Of a stretch of 64,000 nt of DNA, positions 1 through 13,141 are shown in pieces (the stretch's first letter is position 1; each line of letters begins with the position of its first letter). The notes beneath the pieces are model-generated. The model made no database searches, was not told the origin of the DNA, and was given only the letters and a program-made list of their open reading frames with translations. The stretch comes from Azolla caroliniana (taxonomy: Eukaryota; Plantae; Polypodiophyta). The DNA lies in the NCBI GenBank assembly GCA_043228905.1, contig JBHGNT010000017.1, forward strand, positions 7,068,001 through 7,132,000, written 5' to 3'. The translations under genes were made by a program, and so were the position numbers.

Positions 1-3000
1 GTCTCTCTTTGGTGGGTTGATTGCGCGCTCATGAGACATCCACCGATGCTTGGCTAATTTTTCTGTCTTTTTCTTTTATCTTTTGAATTACAACATGGCT
101 TCTAAACAAACTAAAGACCATAAGGAAATGCACGAAGAAACTATAAGTAAGGAAGAATTCTTAGATGTCTTTAATTGTTTAGTTAATATAGAGAGTGAAA
201 TGAAATAATGGGCAAAAGAGACCGAATCTCAAAAGCAAAAAGATAGGGAAGAAAAAGACATGCTTATGGCTGAAATAACAAAACTCAAAATAGAAAACAT
301 CAACCATCAGAAACAACTTAATGGCCTTGAGACATTTAGGGAAGATGGTGATATATCCTCCCTAGAGGATATTAAGGACGAGAAAGGACGAGGTAAGAAG
401 CGACATGGAATTAGCCAAAATCGGTTGGGTTGATGTAGTAAAATGTAACATTAAAAAGGAACTAAAAGATGAAAATATTGTAAACATTACCCTTGAGGAA
501 GAGAAAATGCATCAAGCTCGACGCCTAAATGTATGTGTCACTAAGCTCAAGGAAGGGGCATCTCCCAATGAAGATGCACAAACACTCGGGAAAATGTTAG
601 GGTACATAGAGGCCTTACCAATCACCAAAACTTGGAGGGTCAGACGTGACACTACTAGGAAGAGAGCTTTAGTCCTTCAATTTAAAGACTTGGAATCTAG
701 AATGACATTTTTTAAGAAGAGACCAATTCTTGGAGGATTAGGCGGGGTCAATATCTACCTAGATGAAGACCTCACCAAGATGCAAATTGAGCACCGTAAA
801 ACTTGTATGTTGTGAGTCATACAAGCTCGTAAAGAAGGGCATCACGCCTTTTACTGAGACGGACGAGTGATAAAAAATGATCATGCCACCAACTGATGGC
901 GTGTGGCCCATGTGATAGACAATGAAATTAGGATGACTTTATGGAATCGTGATGGTGCACTTTGGACACACCTTGGCCGTCTAGGGGAGATTTTGAAGAT
1001 ATCCGATATACTTTTCTTAGTAGAAACACATCAAAGTCCAAATAGAGGATTGCCACGAGTTGAAGGTTTTCATTGGGAATCTGTCTTTAGACAAACCTCA
1101 CATCGACACACTACTAGAGGGTCTGGAGGGGTTGCAATACTATTTCGAAGAGAGATACATAATAGGATAGAAATACTAAAGACAAACCCAAAAGCCCAGT
1201 TTATGTGGGTGAAAGTCCTCACTAGAAAGGATCGGGGAATATTTATAGCCATTTGTTACTTTCCCCTAAACATCCCGATATAATATGGCTGGAGGAGCGA
1301 GTATAGTTGATGAAGGAGTGCCACATGGGCGTTCTCCATATGAACCTTTATCGGATGACATAATCCAATATTCTTCTCAAGGGGAATTCTTCCTCGTAGT
1401 AGATTTCAATGAAAGAACCCAATCCCGACAATGCACAATATTTCAGATGGATAAAGACCTAGAAATGGTGAATGTCAACCATTTAGCCATAGGCATCACA
1501 CGTAGATCAAAAGATCAAGGTGCGATCGCCACAAGCTTTGGCCATCATCTTCTTGAACTTGGAAGTTGACACCAGATGATCATATATAATGGTTTAACCA
1601 AGTGACTGGGTTGGGAAGAGCTCACATGTTTCCCACATGGAGGAGGGGAAAGCACAAAAGATTACCTAATAGGACGCCCTGAAGCTACCCACATGATGAA
1701 CACCTTCCGGGTGGTCCCATGCCCTATTGGTGCATACCATAACTTCCTATACTTTGAGCTAAAATGCGACACTTCCAACGCCACCAACTCTAGTCAACCA
1801 AACCATCACACCACAATACATTTAACACATGAGCTCTCTGACATCTACTCCTAACATGTTCAAGCCCATCTCTCCTCTCTTGATTCTTCCCTGCCTACAG
1901 AACTCACACACATCCTTCACTCGGCAACAATTAATAGCTTCCCATACACGAAACACTCCAGTCAAAGTAGAATAGGGTTTATGCCACATAATAGGTGGTA
2001 GAATGAGGATCGTAGAGACTTGTATAGACAACTTAAAGTGTTGTGACTTAGTGGTACTATTTCCTTAGTACAGGCCCGTAAAGAGATGCACAAGTTGACA
2101 CGTCGTAAAAGATGAGCTTGGGAAGCATCTCAATATTGGGAACTCTACCACATGCTCATGAGTAGGGACTGCTCCCTTGCATGGAAGAGACTACGAGAAC
2201 TGAGACCACAAACACCCATCGAGGATCCCAACAGTTGGCACACATATACAGAGAGACTCTACCACATCCCGAACCAACCACCCATTCCAATGCCTTCCAC
2301 ATGTCGACCTACCACGGGGACACTTTTTACGACCTCTAGGGTCACAAAGGTCATAAAAAAATTACAACATAGGAAGTCCGTGGACCACACAGGATTGCGA
2401 GCCGAACACATCATATATGCTCGAGAGTGCCTAGCTCCTTTTCTCACTCTAATCTTCAACCGTGCCCTCGCCGAGGGTTTTCCATCATAATGGACCATGA
2501 ACACACCCTATACATAAAGGAGGGGACCCAATGGACCCAAATACATATAGGACCATTATGATAGGTCATATGCTCGCTAAATAATATCGTGCAGTAATGG
2601 CAACAAAGCTCAACGATTATATAGAAACCTTAAGTCTTCGAGCACCTGAGCATGCTAGCTTTAGACGAGCTTTCTCCACTTTTGACCATATCTTCACACT
2701 TAGATGCTTAATTGACCAACCAAAGGCTCGCAAGAAGAAACTATATTGTTGCTTTGTGGACTTTCGAAAAGCCTTTGACACAATCCCTAGGGAGCGGTTG
2801 TTTGATAGGCTTAAAAGCTTGGAGATACCAAATGTCATGATCTGGGCCATCTATGCTCTATATGAGCAAGTCTCTATGCGTAAGATACCAAGGTGGCATA
2901 TCCAATTGCGTCACCAATACCATTGGTGTAAAACAGGGTTGGCCCCTATCACCGACTCTTTTTGGGATCTACGTTGATGAGACCACTGATTTTATTGCTC

Positions 3001-4848
3001 GTAAGGGAGGCAATGGAGTAGCCATTGGGGGTACACAAGTTAGTCTCTTACTCTATGCAAACGACATAGTTTTGCTCTCGGAGTCTGACACGACCTACAA
3101 AAGCACCTTAATGCCCTAGATGAGTTTTGCACAAAATGAGGACTAGTAGTGAATCTAGCGAAAACTAAAGTCCTTATCTTTCATCCATTGTCTTGAGTTA
3201 GGAGTAAATGTCACCTAATCCTCTCTCATAAACTAGTTGAGGTCGTTGGATCATATGTATATCTGGGAGTCACTTTTAGTGCTCGTTCAGGTAAATTATT
3301 GATGACCTAGAAACCAAAGATAGGCTAACGAGAGGGTATGCATCCCTCTCACTCCTAGAGAGACAATGCCACCAAGCATACTTTCAAGAGCCACAAACTA
3401 AGGGATGGATCTTCGACTCATTAGTGACCCCTTCCCTCGTGTATGCATCAATAGTATGGGCTCCATGTCTACCATCTTTCATGTGGACGCAATTAGAGAG
3501 ACATTTGGTGACGATGTTATCACGTCAACTCCGAAGCAAATCGACAATACCACATGACATTATTAGAGCAGAGTTCAGTTTGCCCCTGATGTTAGTGGAA
3601 ACACTTTTCCAACTAGTAGTTTTTATTCACAAGAGATATGGCCAACCACAAGATAGGATATCCCGTCAAGCTTTTGAGGCATCCCAATCCCTATATGCGT
3701 CCGGAGATACTAGCTCTTGGTATAACACTGTAGGGAGTTGGTTACTTGCAAATGGCATAAACATTAATAACCTACCTCCCCTTAAGTACAACCATGGGAT
3801 TTATCAAACTTTAATCTCTCATGAGGATCGTAATAAGCTAATACGCCAAGAAATATGGCAAATTTACACCCGATATAAATGTATCACCCCACGAGAGCCA
3901 TTCCCATCTAAAATGTTGTACTATAAGGAACTCTTCATGCACTTCTCTTAGTTAGGTTTTATTACACGACCAAAATATCTAGATACATTCTTATCAAATG
4001 TATTGAGGGTGGTCATTGGACAACTTAGGATATCATCTCACCAACTTGAGATTGAGAATGGTCGTGCTAATAGAGTCCCTAGAGAGGAAAGGCTATGTAG
4101 GTTATGTCACATAGAGATAGAGGATGAGTATCACTTTACATGCAAGTGTCTAATTTATGTCGAGATAAGGGCGGAATACCAAGACATACTAGGACCCTCT
4201 CCCACCCTCTCCAAACTATTAGATACCTCGGATATAAAGAGACTAGGTAGGTATATCTTAGAGTTAAAACAACATAGGGAGAATAAACTACAAAGTGTTA
4301 AGCATAACCATTTTAATATTCACCAACATGTAAATAATGTAATTTTTCAGGAACAAGGGGAGACGATGAATGTGGATACACTTACACCACTCGGCCTCTC
4401 TCTTGATGAAGTAGAAATACAAAGAACAACCAAATGCTCTCGAATGTCGGGCTTCAAAGTAACTCGACGTGGAGTAGAAACAATTAAGAAGATAAAGGAA
4501 CGTGAGCTATGCCGTCTAGAAGCAATGGTTGGGGTGCCTTTTACATTGGGACCACGTGCCACAACCACATCGAAACCCTTTGACCTCTCGTTTCTTTTCG
4601 AGAGGCTTGGATGGAAATGAAACTAGGCTTAGTATAAAGCCATCAGACATGTAATTTTACTAGAACTCTTTAGCTTAAGTTCTATTTTACTTTACTTTAC
4701 TTTATTTATTATTTATTTTTTTTCCAGAAAAACTTTACTTTATTTTATTTTTATTTTTAGTTTCGATAAATGGGTAAATACCCCTTGTTGTAAACCAATT
4801 GTCTCATGGGCCAATTTTGGTCTTCTTACAAGACGATAATACATACAT
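1..4848 (+). mobile_element. Near full-length degenerate non-LTR retrotransposon (LINE; CR1/L2/RTEX-like group rather than plant L1)
   Basis: ORF1 remnant from ATG 95 (coiled coil, then LVLQFKD...IYLDEDLT RRM/CTD-like). ORF2 fragments show AP endonuclease (LFLVETH, GSGGVAIL, VVDFNERT), RT (FVDFRKAFDTI, GVKQGWPLSPTLF, LLYANDIVL) and C-terminal LRISSHQLEIENGR..CRLC..EDEYHF. Many stops and frameshifts; ends in stem-loop, GACGATAA and a (TACA)n tail. Confidence 0.93.
903..4620 (+). pseudogene. LINE ORF2 (endonuclease-reverse transcriptase), disrupted
   Basis: Collinear ORF-track fragments 903-1283, 1285-1569, 2152-2490, 2597-2977, 2853-3119, 3424-3951 and 4003-4620 carry EN, RT and Cys/His motifs. 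Confidence 0.9.
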
Positions 4849-4914
4849 CTTTCTTTCTTTCTTTCTCTCTATGCACATACGTACGGATATACATACATAC
4901 ATACGGATACACAC

Positions 4915-5086
4915 ATGTATACGTACCTACTACATACGCATAGGTTGTCTCTGCCGTCGCCATCGCCATCGCCATCGCCGCTGCCGTGGTCATCCCCATG
5001 CCCATCGCCTTCACTGTCAACAACATGCCTCTCTCTTCTCCCTCCCGGAAACAACCACCTCAGATCTGCCCATCTCTGCTGCCAAG
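4915..5086 (+). CDS. DAAT: DAAT exon 1 (Ser/Pro-rich putative transit peptide)
   Basis: First in-frame ATG after stop at 4837. MYTYLLHTHRLSLPSPSPSPSPLPWSSP... has no acidic residues. Donor AAG|GTCTAC is in the phase required by exon 2. Confidence 0.65.
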
Positions 5087-8000
5087 GTCTACCTTCCATG
5101 GCTCCTTCATTAATACTTTGCCCTCCACCTTTTCCTAGTTCATTGTTGTACTTTTACATTCCATCTTCTTTTGTTGTTGATTTTAGTGCTTTCCTTTTTT
5201 CTATTTCCTTTTTAAATATTCTTTCAAATCCGTTTGTTTTCGTTTGTAGCCCTTCTAGATCCCTCTGGGCCGATAAGGTCAAATGCGCAAGCAGAGGATT
5301 TCCGCATTTCTGTGCTTTCCACTTCTCAGGTGAGCTAGTTTTTGTATGTTTTTGGAAGAGTCTCTTTTGATTCTCTTTTTCCATGCTTGGTATGTCATCT
5401 GTTTTTTGGAGTAATGTTTGAATTCATGGTCTTAAGTTGAGCAAAACATCCAATGTGTGATCTTGTCACGAATTGGATTTTTAAGTGATCCAATTCAAGA
5501 TCGTAATCAAGAGAAATGCCAAGATCAAGATCTTAATCAAGCTGAAATACTTTCTTGTATTTGGCACGTGATTATGTTTTTATTAAAAACGATTTAAGAT
5601 CTCAATACTTTCTTGTGTTTGGCATATGATTATGATTTTATTAAAAACGACTTAAGAGCCCAATTCTTTCTTGTGTTTGGCATGTGGTTTTATTAAATAT
5701 GAATTAATTCAAGATCCGTCCAAATCCATACTTTTGTTTGGGCATGTGGTTTTATTAAAATAATTTAATACAAGATCTTAATCAACCTAAATGCCCAATC
5801 TTTCCTTTTAAATCTCAAAATTAAAAGCACTATGATTATATCCAATGATCGGTGTAGATCTTTTTGACATCAACTATCATGAATCCCTAGTTTATACAAT
5901 TAGACATGCAACGCATGCCACCTTACAGTTATACATTTGTCAATATTCTACAATCCCTTTCTATCCTTTGTAATATACCTTACACTAGCTATATTCTCAT
6001 AGAACTATACAGCTACTTGCTCGTTGGTGATTGCGGTACGCACAATATAATAATTTGATTAATGAGAAAAAACATTTTCATGATCATTTGGTGCATTTAG
6101 GAGTATTCTGAATCCGCTCAAGCATGCAAATAATTCTGAATCATCTGATTTTGATGACTAGCGGAGAGTTGTTTCCTTGATTATTAGACGACTTATCTCA
6201 TGGGAAACACTTGTGGTTTCTATGAGCTATAATCCTAGCCTCACATTTGATGGTGCGAGAGTATCTGTTCTCAATGAAGATCTTAGAAGAAAATCTTGTG
6301 GGCAAGGTAGTGATTCAGCATACAATGTTAGAGGTAGAGTTGACGACACAAATACAATGCATAGATGTAGAAGTAAGAGTAGAGGGAAAGAAAAGCAGCA
6401 CAACACCACATGTTATCAGTGTGGCTACAAAGGCCATAAGAATCTTGAGTTTAGGTATTTTAACATAGAACAAGAAAGAAAGAAGAATGCAAGAGTCAAG
6501 AAGAAGAAAGAGAGCAAGAAGACTAGATGGAAAGAAAAGCAGCACGATGCCATATGTTATCAATGTGGCCGCAGAGGCCATGAGAAACTTGATTTTGGGT
6601 ACTTTAGATGGAACTTGAAAGAAAGAAGATTCCAAGAGTCAAGGAGAAGAAAGACGAAAAGGTTACTGCACCTGAGATAGAAAGCCTATATTTTATCACA
6701 AGAAAAGTACACTGAAAAGGTTCTGGACAAGTTAAACATGGATAAAGCAAATCTCTTGAACTTCTTTTGCCTTCGTATGTTAAATCTTAGCAAAGACAAT
6801 GACTCAAAAGATGAGATAGAAGCCAATGAAATGAAGGGAGCTCCTTATGCATCAGTTTGAGGTTAACTTATGTATCAGTGTTTGCTACTCATTGGGATAT
6901 TGCTCATGTAATTGGAGTTGTCAGTCAATATATGGGCAGGGTATATTAAGTTTGTAAGGATATTATGAAGTCAGTGCCCAAGATTGCAGAAGATTGTAGC
7001 ACTAAGTACTACTGAAGTTGAATATATTTCAGCTACTAAAGCTTCTAAGGAAGCTATTTGGCTAACCAGGATTTCTCAAGATCTCGGCATGTCTATCAGT
7101 ACTACTATTGTGGGATGTGATAGCCAGAGTGCTGTGTATCCAGCTAAGAATGCCTTGTTTAATTCACACATCGCACACATAAAAAGTATTGATGTGCATT
7201 ATCACTTTATTAAGCATTGATTAACCCTGCAAACACAAGCCGACCCTGCAAACATTCTTACTAAAAGTCATTTGACATGCATTGAATTAACATCAGCGCA
7301 GAATCAATTGACCTCACCACAATTGCATGTGATGTCATTATGCCTCTTCATGCTAGCAATATCTGAGTACAGTATCCAAGGGCATATATGACTCCAGCAT
7401 GGTAATATCTTGAACTTCCATAACGTGTAGCTCATCTCATTGAGCTTTGCCCTGGAGATTATTTTTGGCAATGACTTCTGCCTGTCAAGAGCTCCACTTC
7501 CACTTGTGCTAGTTGCCATCCTCTGCTACACTGCCCAAGAAAACACAAACCTTTTTTTAGTTGTCTCTGCCTTTGCAACTATCACTTCCTTCACAAAGAT
7601 AGTTAGTGCTGATCCTGAAAGCTCTGAGATCTTGTTAACTTGTGGAAATAACAGAGGCAGCACTAGATCACAAGAAAATACATAGTAAATCAAAGAACAA
7701 GCATATGTCACTGCAAAGTAGAGCTCCAAAGTGCGATTATTACAGCAAGGTTTCTTACAGTGGGAGCTACACAAAGTGTGATTATTACAGCGGGAGCTAC
7801 AATTCATGTGCTCCTAACTTAGCAGATACAAATACAACTCACGAAGTGAAACGAGTGATTAACCCTTCTTCTTATATAATAGCCTGTTAGTTCCAACAAC
7901 TAACCCATCTACGATATTCAATATATCTCCTTTTTCATTGACCTCACATGGGAGGAGTTTTGGAGCTTTTTCACACATGACATCTCCTTGAACTGAATAA

Positions 8001-11000
8001 CTATTCTTTATTATGTCAGATTTTGCATCAGATAGTGATACTTATTTAATATGTATAGGTTTAATATGTACTTATATGGGTATAGAGTATTTAAATTTTA
8101 AATCCTAATTGGTACTACAGCTATAACATGGATAGTGCTACATTGTATAAACTACTCAAAACAATTGAAATTTCACGCATAGAAAATATGATCTATTAAT
8201 GGTTAAGGATCATATATCTAAGAGGATGCATCACTAGAAGTGGCATCATTAGTATCATGATTAGGTTCAACCCAAATCAATGGTTGAGTACGATTCTCTA
8301 ATGTGAGAAACATGCCCTGGAGTGCAATTGATAGAAAATAGTTTAGATTGAAGCAAAAATAAAAAGAAGAATGCAATTGATAGCAAAGTAGGTATAAATA
8401 CTTTGCAAATAATTTCTGCAATCAGACTTACTGTCTGATGTACAGAATATATTTAGGTTGCATGAGGAAGAGCTTACAGGAATCCACAAAATTACAACAT
8501 CAATTGATAATTAGAGACAATTTTTGTATCAAAAGCTCAATATTTACCTGGACTTATTGGAAAATGACAATCTTCAATAACCAAATTCAAAAGACAAGTG
8601 GAGGTAGTGATAATGAACGTGTAGAACCTGGAGTGGAGGCACCTTTGTGCAATTTGTTTGTCTGTGTCTGTATAGTAGATAAGTACAATCAGGTATACCA
8701 CAGAGTAATTTGTTAAGAGGCGGTTAACAAGAGAAGTACCTGCACGATGTCTTATTCTGATTTATAGGAAACATCCACTTGTCAACAGGAAGTGAAGTCA
8801 TTGTAGTGGTAGGCGTGCCAATGAGTTGTGCAGGAACAAAAATTCTAAAAGCTTGAACTTGCAATTCATGTCTATATAGTCATTCTTTGACATACATCAA
8901 ATAGGAGAACATATTTTTACCATTTATGATGTAAATACAGAAATAAATAGCTTATGCATAACATTATAGTAGGAGATTGCGGAGAAGCTAGAAAGAAGGA
9001 CAAAGCAAAGTAATCATTGAGGAATGGCCAAAAGGGCCAATGAGACCAAAGCATTTTTACAAATGTATAAAACTGAGATCATTTTATCTCATCATGAGCA
9101 TGATAGATAGTTTTGTGGACAAATTATAATCGAAAAATTCCTGTACTTGGAATAGGCAAAACCTCATGAAGTCCCATTGGCTGTCACAATTCCGAATATC
9201 AATGAATGTTTTAACTAAGGTCATGTATTCATGGATTTTATATTTGTGTCTCTTGTAAAGGCTTGTTCCTTAAAGTAAATTTATCTTATGCACTTAATCT
9301 TTCTGGAGTCTGACATTTAAATCTACCCTCAAGGAACCTCTTTCTTGGACTGAGAAGCAAGGGGTGTTAAACCTTTGTTCGAGGTTAGAAATTTGAGGAT
9401 TCAAGGGAGACTCACAATTTTGAGGAGGTTCGAGGTTTGTGAGGAGCTGCATCCAAAGAGGGACATGGACAATAAGATGAAATCCTGGGATTTTGATAGA
9501 GCAAGAAACCAAAGGTGACCTGTCTACAAGGAGTAACATTGAGGGTGAATTCATGGTATCTGCAAGGATGTAGAAGCTTTGTGTCTGATCAACTATGGTC
9601 AAACAACGTCTGCTTTCTCCAAAAACAAATCGAGTAGGAAACAGCCAGTACTCAAACCTGTGACCTTGGCCTCTCACTAAAAAGCTCTCATCATTATGTC
9701 AAGCTCTGCTTCAGCTCATATGATAAATTCCCAGCTTGATGGTACACCCAAGCCATACTACGTACCTACAACCTTACTCTTCTGGAATAAGACATCAATA
9801 AATGTCATTAGTGGTGCCCTGCCAAATCCTGGATTTGGTTATATCCTCCTAACAGTCTCTTCATCTCACTCTCGATGTAGGATTGGATTTATATACATAG
9901 GATTGGAACTATGCTTGCCTATTCACCTATGCAATGTTGATTTATGCCTTCATTGTAGTTTTCCTTGTTCATTAAGTGAGGATCATTGATAGATTCACAT
10001 AGTCAACTTGATTCCCCACACTTAACCTGATATTTATTTACCTTAACGTCAACATATACTTGTACATCTATACTTCTAATTGTTTTTCACCCCAGTGATA
10101 TCTGTATGCATGCCTATGAAGAGTTATGGTTTAAAATTTGAAATGTGGAAAGAACTAAAACATGGGTATTCACATGGAATGTGTTATAATGGGAGTGGAC
10201 TTTGTACATGGATCTATACTTCGAATTGTATTCTACTGCAGTAATGTTTGTATGCATGCTTATAAAAAGTGATCGCTCAAAACCTGAAACATGGCAAGAG
10301 CTAAAACATGGATATGCAATATGCTGTAAGTAGGAGCCATTCTTGGATTATAACAACATGATACAAGCAACTAAAATCTCGATATTCTTTCGGAGGTATT
10401 CCTGTAATATTTGATTTTGCTATAATGAGGCATTTCTTCATCAGAATTTGAATTGTTTATGCTAACATTGCTTACACTTTAACCAAAGTAATAATAATAC
10501 TTCAGGATTTGATTTTACTTGTCCCTGGCAAACTTCTGGCATGCTGCAGGCTATCTCTAAGTTACAAGAGAATGTCTTGAAGTCAACATATCATGAGAGC
10601 TATAGAGCAATGTATTCAAGTATCCTGGGAGGTATCATTACAGATCCTGCATTGATGCTCATTCCACTTGATGATCACATGGTTCATCGGGGTCACGGAG
10701 TGTTTGACACCGCCTCGATATTCAAGGGGTATGTACTCTTATGGCAATAACACTGCAAATTAGTCATCAAAAGTATAGAGACTAGCATCACCTTTTTGCA
10801 ATCAATCTCAATGTAGTGACATATCCATAATAAAGGCAATCCAGAAAGTGCCGTGGATGCACACTGGTTTTCAGGCACAATCTCATCACTGTTAGCCAAC
10901 TTCTCTTCCAATTCTTCATCTGTATCAAATATTCATCATACAACAATTATCTAACATCTTTTCCCCACCTTACAACATGCTCTTAATGCCATCTTGCTTC

Positions 11001-12614
11001 TTCAAGGGTTGTTCTTGAGATGACCAAGTAAGCCTTTAGGTGAGAGAGAGTGGCTCAATGGCCAAACAACCATGAGCATTGCTCAAAGACATAGTCACAC
11101 AATTGAGATAACTATCTGTGTATCTCAAATGCCAAGCAACCGTGGGCATTGCCCAAAGACATAGGCACATGATTCAGATAACTATTAGCACGTCTCAAAG
11201 ACCAAACAACCATGAGCACTTCTCAGAGACATGGACAACGAATCAGACATCGACCTTTAGACATCGATATTATACTAGTTTGGAGAGAAGCTGCCCAAGA
11301 AATTGTTGCGCTGCTAATCCTATGTTATTGATTATACCTCTAGATAGGCATGTTCCCTGTATGTCCTAGTATGAAGGACCTTCATTTAGAGATTGGATCA
11401 CGAGGATTCAAGCTCTCATTGTGATAATGCATTCAAATGTTTATGCTAGTTTGCATGCTTTTTTTCTTTTTCCTCTTCTTTTTACTTCAGGTTTTTGCTC
11501 AATATAGCTAAAGTCTCTGAAGTAATGGTCTAGACTTTATTCTTGGGGCATTATAAATTGTATTACTGAATGCATTATCTTTAGCCCAGTAAATACTGAG
11601 GGCAACTTCCACTCTGGATTGGAAACCATCAATAGATCCTTGTTCATCTCTAGTATAAATTATTCAGGTATCTATATGAATTGGATCTTCATTTAGACCG
11701 GCTTCTTAGATCAGCATTTGCAGCCAAAATAAGTCCTCCTTTCAGTAGAGAAGCATTGAGGAAAATTCTAGTGGAGACTGTTGCAGCATCAGGTTGTAAG
11801 AATGGTTCCTTACGATATTGGTTATCGGCCGGTCCAGGTGATTTTAACCTTTCTTCAAAACATTGCAAGCAGGCAGCCTTCTATGCTATAGTACTTGGGT
11901 ATGAACAGAAACCTTTTGAGGCGGTATGGGTCATAACATCTTCTATACCATTAAAGCCTCCTATGTTTGCAACCATGAAGAATGTGAACTATCTTCCAAA
12001 TGTGCTTTCATTATTAGAGGCCGAAGAAAAAGGAGCATATACAAGCATATGGGTCGACGATGAAGGCTATATTGCAGAAGGCCCTAACATGAATGTTGCA
12101 TTTGTGAACCAGATAGGAGAATTTATCATGCCTTCATTTGATAAGATACTCTCAGGATGTACGGCCAGACGGACACTTACTTTAGCTCATCAGCTCATGG
12201 CCACAGAGACTTGGTCTGGCCAGTTAAAGGGCGTGAAAACATGTTCAATCACAGTGGCGGAAGGGAAAGCTGCAGCTGAAATGATGCTGATTGGAAGTGG
12301 CAATCCTATCGTCCCAGTTGTCAAATGGGATAAACAACAGATTGGCAATGGTAACACACACTCATGTGCACACACATACGTTTATACATACATACATACA
12401 TTCATGCAAACATTATTATAGTGCATATACATAGTTGTTTATCTTGTTTATTTATTTTCAACCTTGAGATTTAGGCTGGATTATAACAATCTTTACTGGT
12501 ATATGTGATGCAGGTAAGCCTGGCCCGATTACTTTAGCTTTGCAAGCCCTTTTGAAGGAGGAGATGTTCAACGGTCCACGCACACATCGCGAGCCCGTTC
12601 CTTACAAAGAATAA
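4915..12614 (+). CDS. DAAT: D-amino-acid transaminase / 4-amino-4-deoxychorismate lyase (PLP-dependent class IV aminotransferase), probably plastid-targeted, 5 exons, about 404 aa
   Basis: Exons 4915-5086, 5250(or 5259)-5329, 10550-10728, 11668-12350 and 12514-12614. All introns are GT-AG and phases join (1,0,2,1) into an uninterrupted frame. Motifs AMYSS..GGIITDP..IPLDDHMVHRGHGVFDTA, YLYELDLHLDRL, GSLRYWLSAGPGDF, ATMKNVNYLPN (catalytic Lys), EGPNMNVAF, ILSGCTA and C-terminal VPY match plant DAAT/ADCL. Confidence 0.93.
5250..5329 (+). CDS. DAAT: DAAT exon 2
   Basis: Polypyrimidine tract plus TAG acceptor. Encodes ...AEDFRISVLSTSQ (aligns with the VPVLS region of plant DAAT). Donor CAG|GTGAGC. 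Confidence 0.8.
5540..5790. repeat. Degenerate tandem repeat, about 57-65 bp unit, about 4 copies, in intron 2
   Basis: TTTCTTGT(A/G)TTTGGCA..TG..TTTTATTAAAA..GA.TTAA recurs at about 5550, 5608, 5666 and 5732. Confidence 0.8.
6100..7270 (+). mobile_element. Highly degenerate, internally deleted Ty1/Copia remnant in intron 2
   Basis: Gag zinc knuckles (CYQCGYKGH, duplicated), RT-end remnants and RNase H motif VALSTTEVEYISATKASKEAIWL...IDVHYHF. Confidence 0.85.
7280..9150 (-). mobile_element. Very degenerate Copia remnants, opposite strand
   Basis: KLNEMSYTLWKFKI (Copia gag N-terminus-like) at about 7410-7450 on the minus strand; further integrase-like scraps upstream; boundaries unclear. Confidence 0.4.
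10550..10728 (+). CDS. DAAT: DAAT exon 3
   Basis: TGCAG|GCT acceptor; AISKLQ...HRGHGVFDTASIFKG; donor GG|GTATGT. Confidence 0.93.
11054..11250. repeat. Tandem repeat, about 70 bp x3, in intron 3
   Basis: CTCAA...CCAA(A/G)CAACC(A/G)TG(A/G)GCA...AGACAT recurs at about 11054, 11124 and 11194. Confidence 0.8.
11668..12350 (+). CDS. DAAT: DAAT exon 4
   Basis: TTCAG|G acceptor; YLYELDLHLDRL...WDKQQIGN; donor G|GTAACA. Confidence 0.95.
12514..12614 (+). CDS. DAAT: DAAT exon 5
   Basis: TGCAG|GT acceptor; GKPGPITLALQALLKEEMFNGPRTHREPVPYKE*. Confidence 0.92.
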
Positions 12615-12930
12615 GTTGTGTCTTTCTTTCCAATAACTACTACTAATCTCTCATATAACCAACTAGCTACATTATATGTTAGGACCTCACTTATTTAAGA
12701 AAAGGATCGGTGTGTATCACTGGTTGGGAAGGAGATATGTCTTTTCAAGATTGCATATCTTTGCATTGTGATAGTTCTTTGTAATTGAATTGTCATGCTA
12801 CATTGTGGCTAATATGTTGTAACTTGTTATAATAATGACAGTTTGTCTCTGTAGGTTAAGTAAGATTCTTGACGAGAATGTCTCCAACTCTTGATGGTAA
12901 ATGAGAAACTAATGGCTTGCCATTCATTAC

Positions 12931-13141
12931 GGATAGGATCACATGGGTTAGACACATTTTCAAGATTAGCATTAGAGCCTAAATGGAATTTCATGTAAGT
13001 CCAAAGGTTGTGATAACAATCATTATCGATATAAGATAGTTCAAGCAGTGATAGGATCACATGGGTTAGAAGCATTTCCAAGATTAGCATTAGTGCCTAA
13101 ATGGAATTTCATGGAAGTCCAAAGGTTGTGATAACAATCAT
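12931..13141. repeat. Tandem duplication, about 120 bp period
   Basis: GATAGGATCACATGGGTTAGA...CCAAAGGTTGTGATAACAATCAT occurs at about 12932 and 13050. Confidence 0.88.

Noticed and set aside
9294-9930. L1 ORF1 remnant (VPLWMQL) in intron 2
   Set aside because: Single weak motif with no other support.
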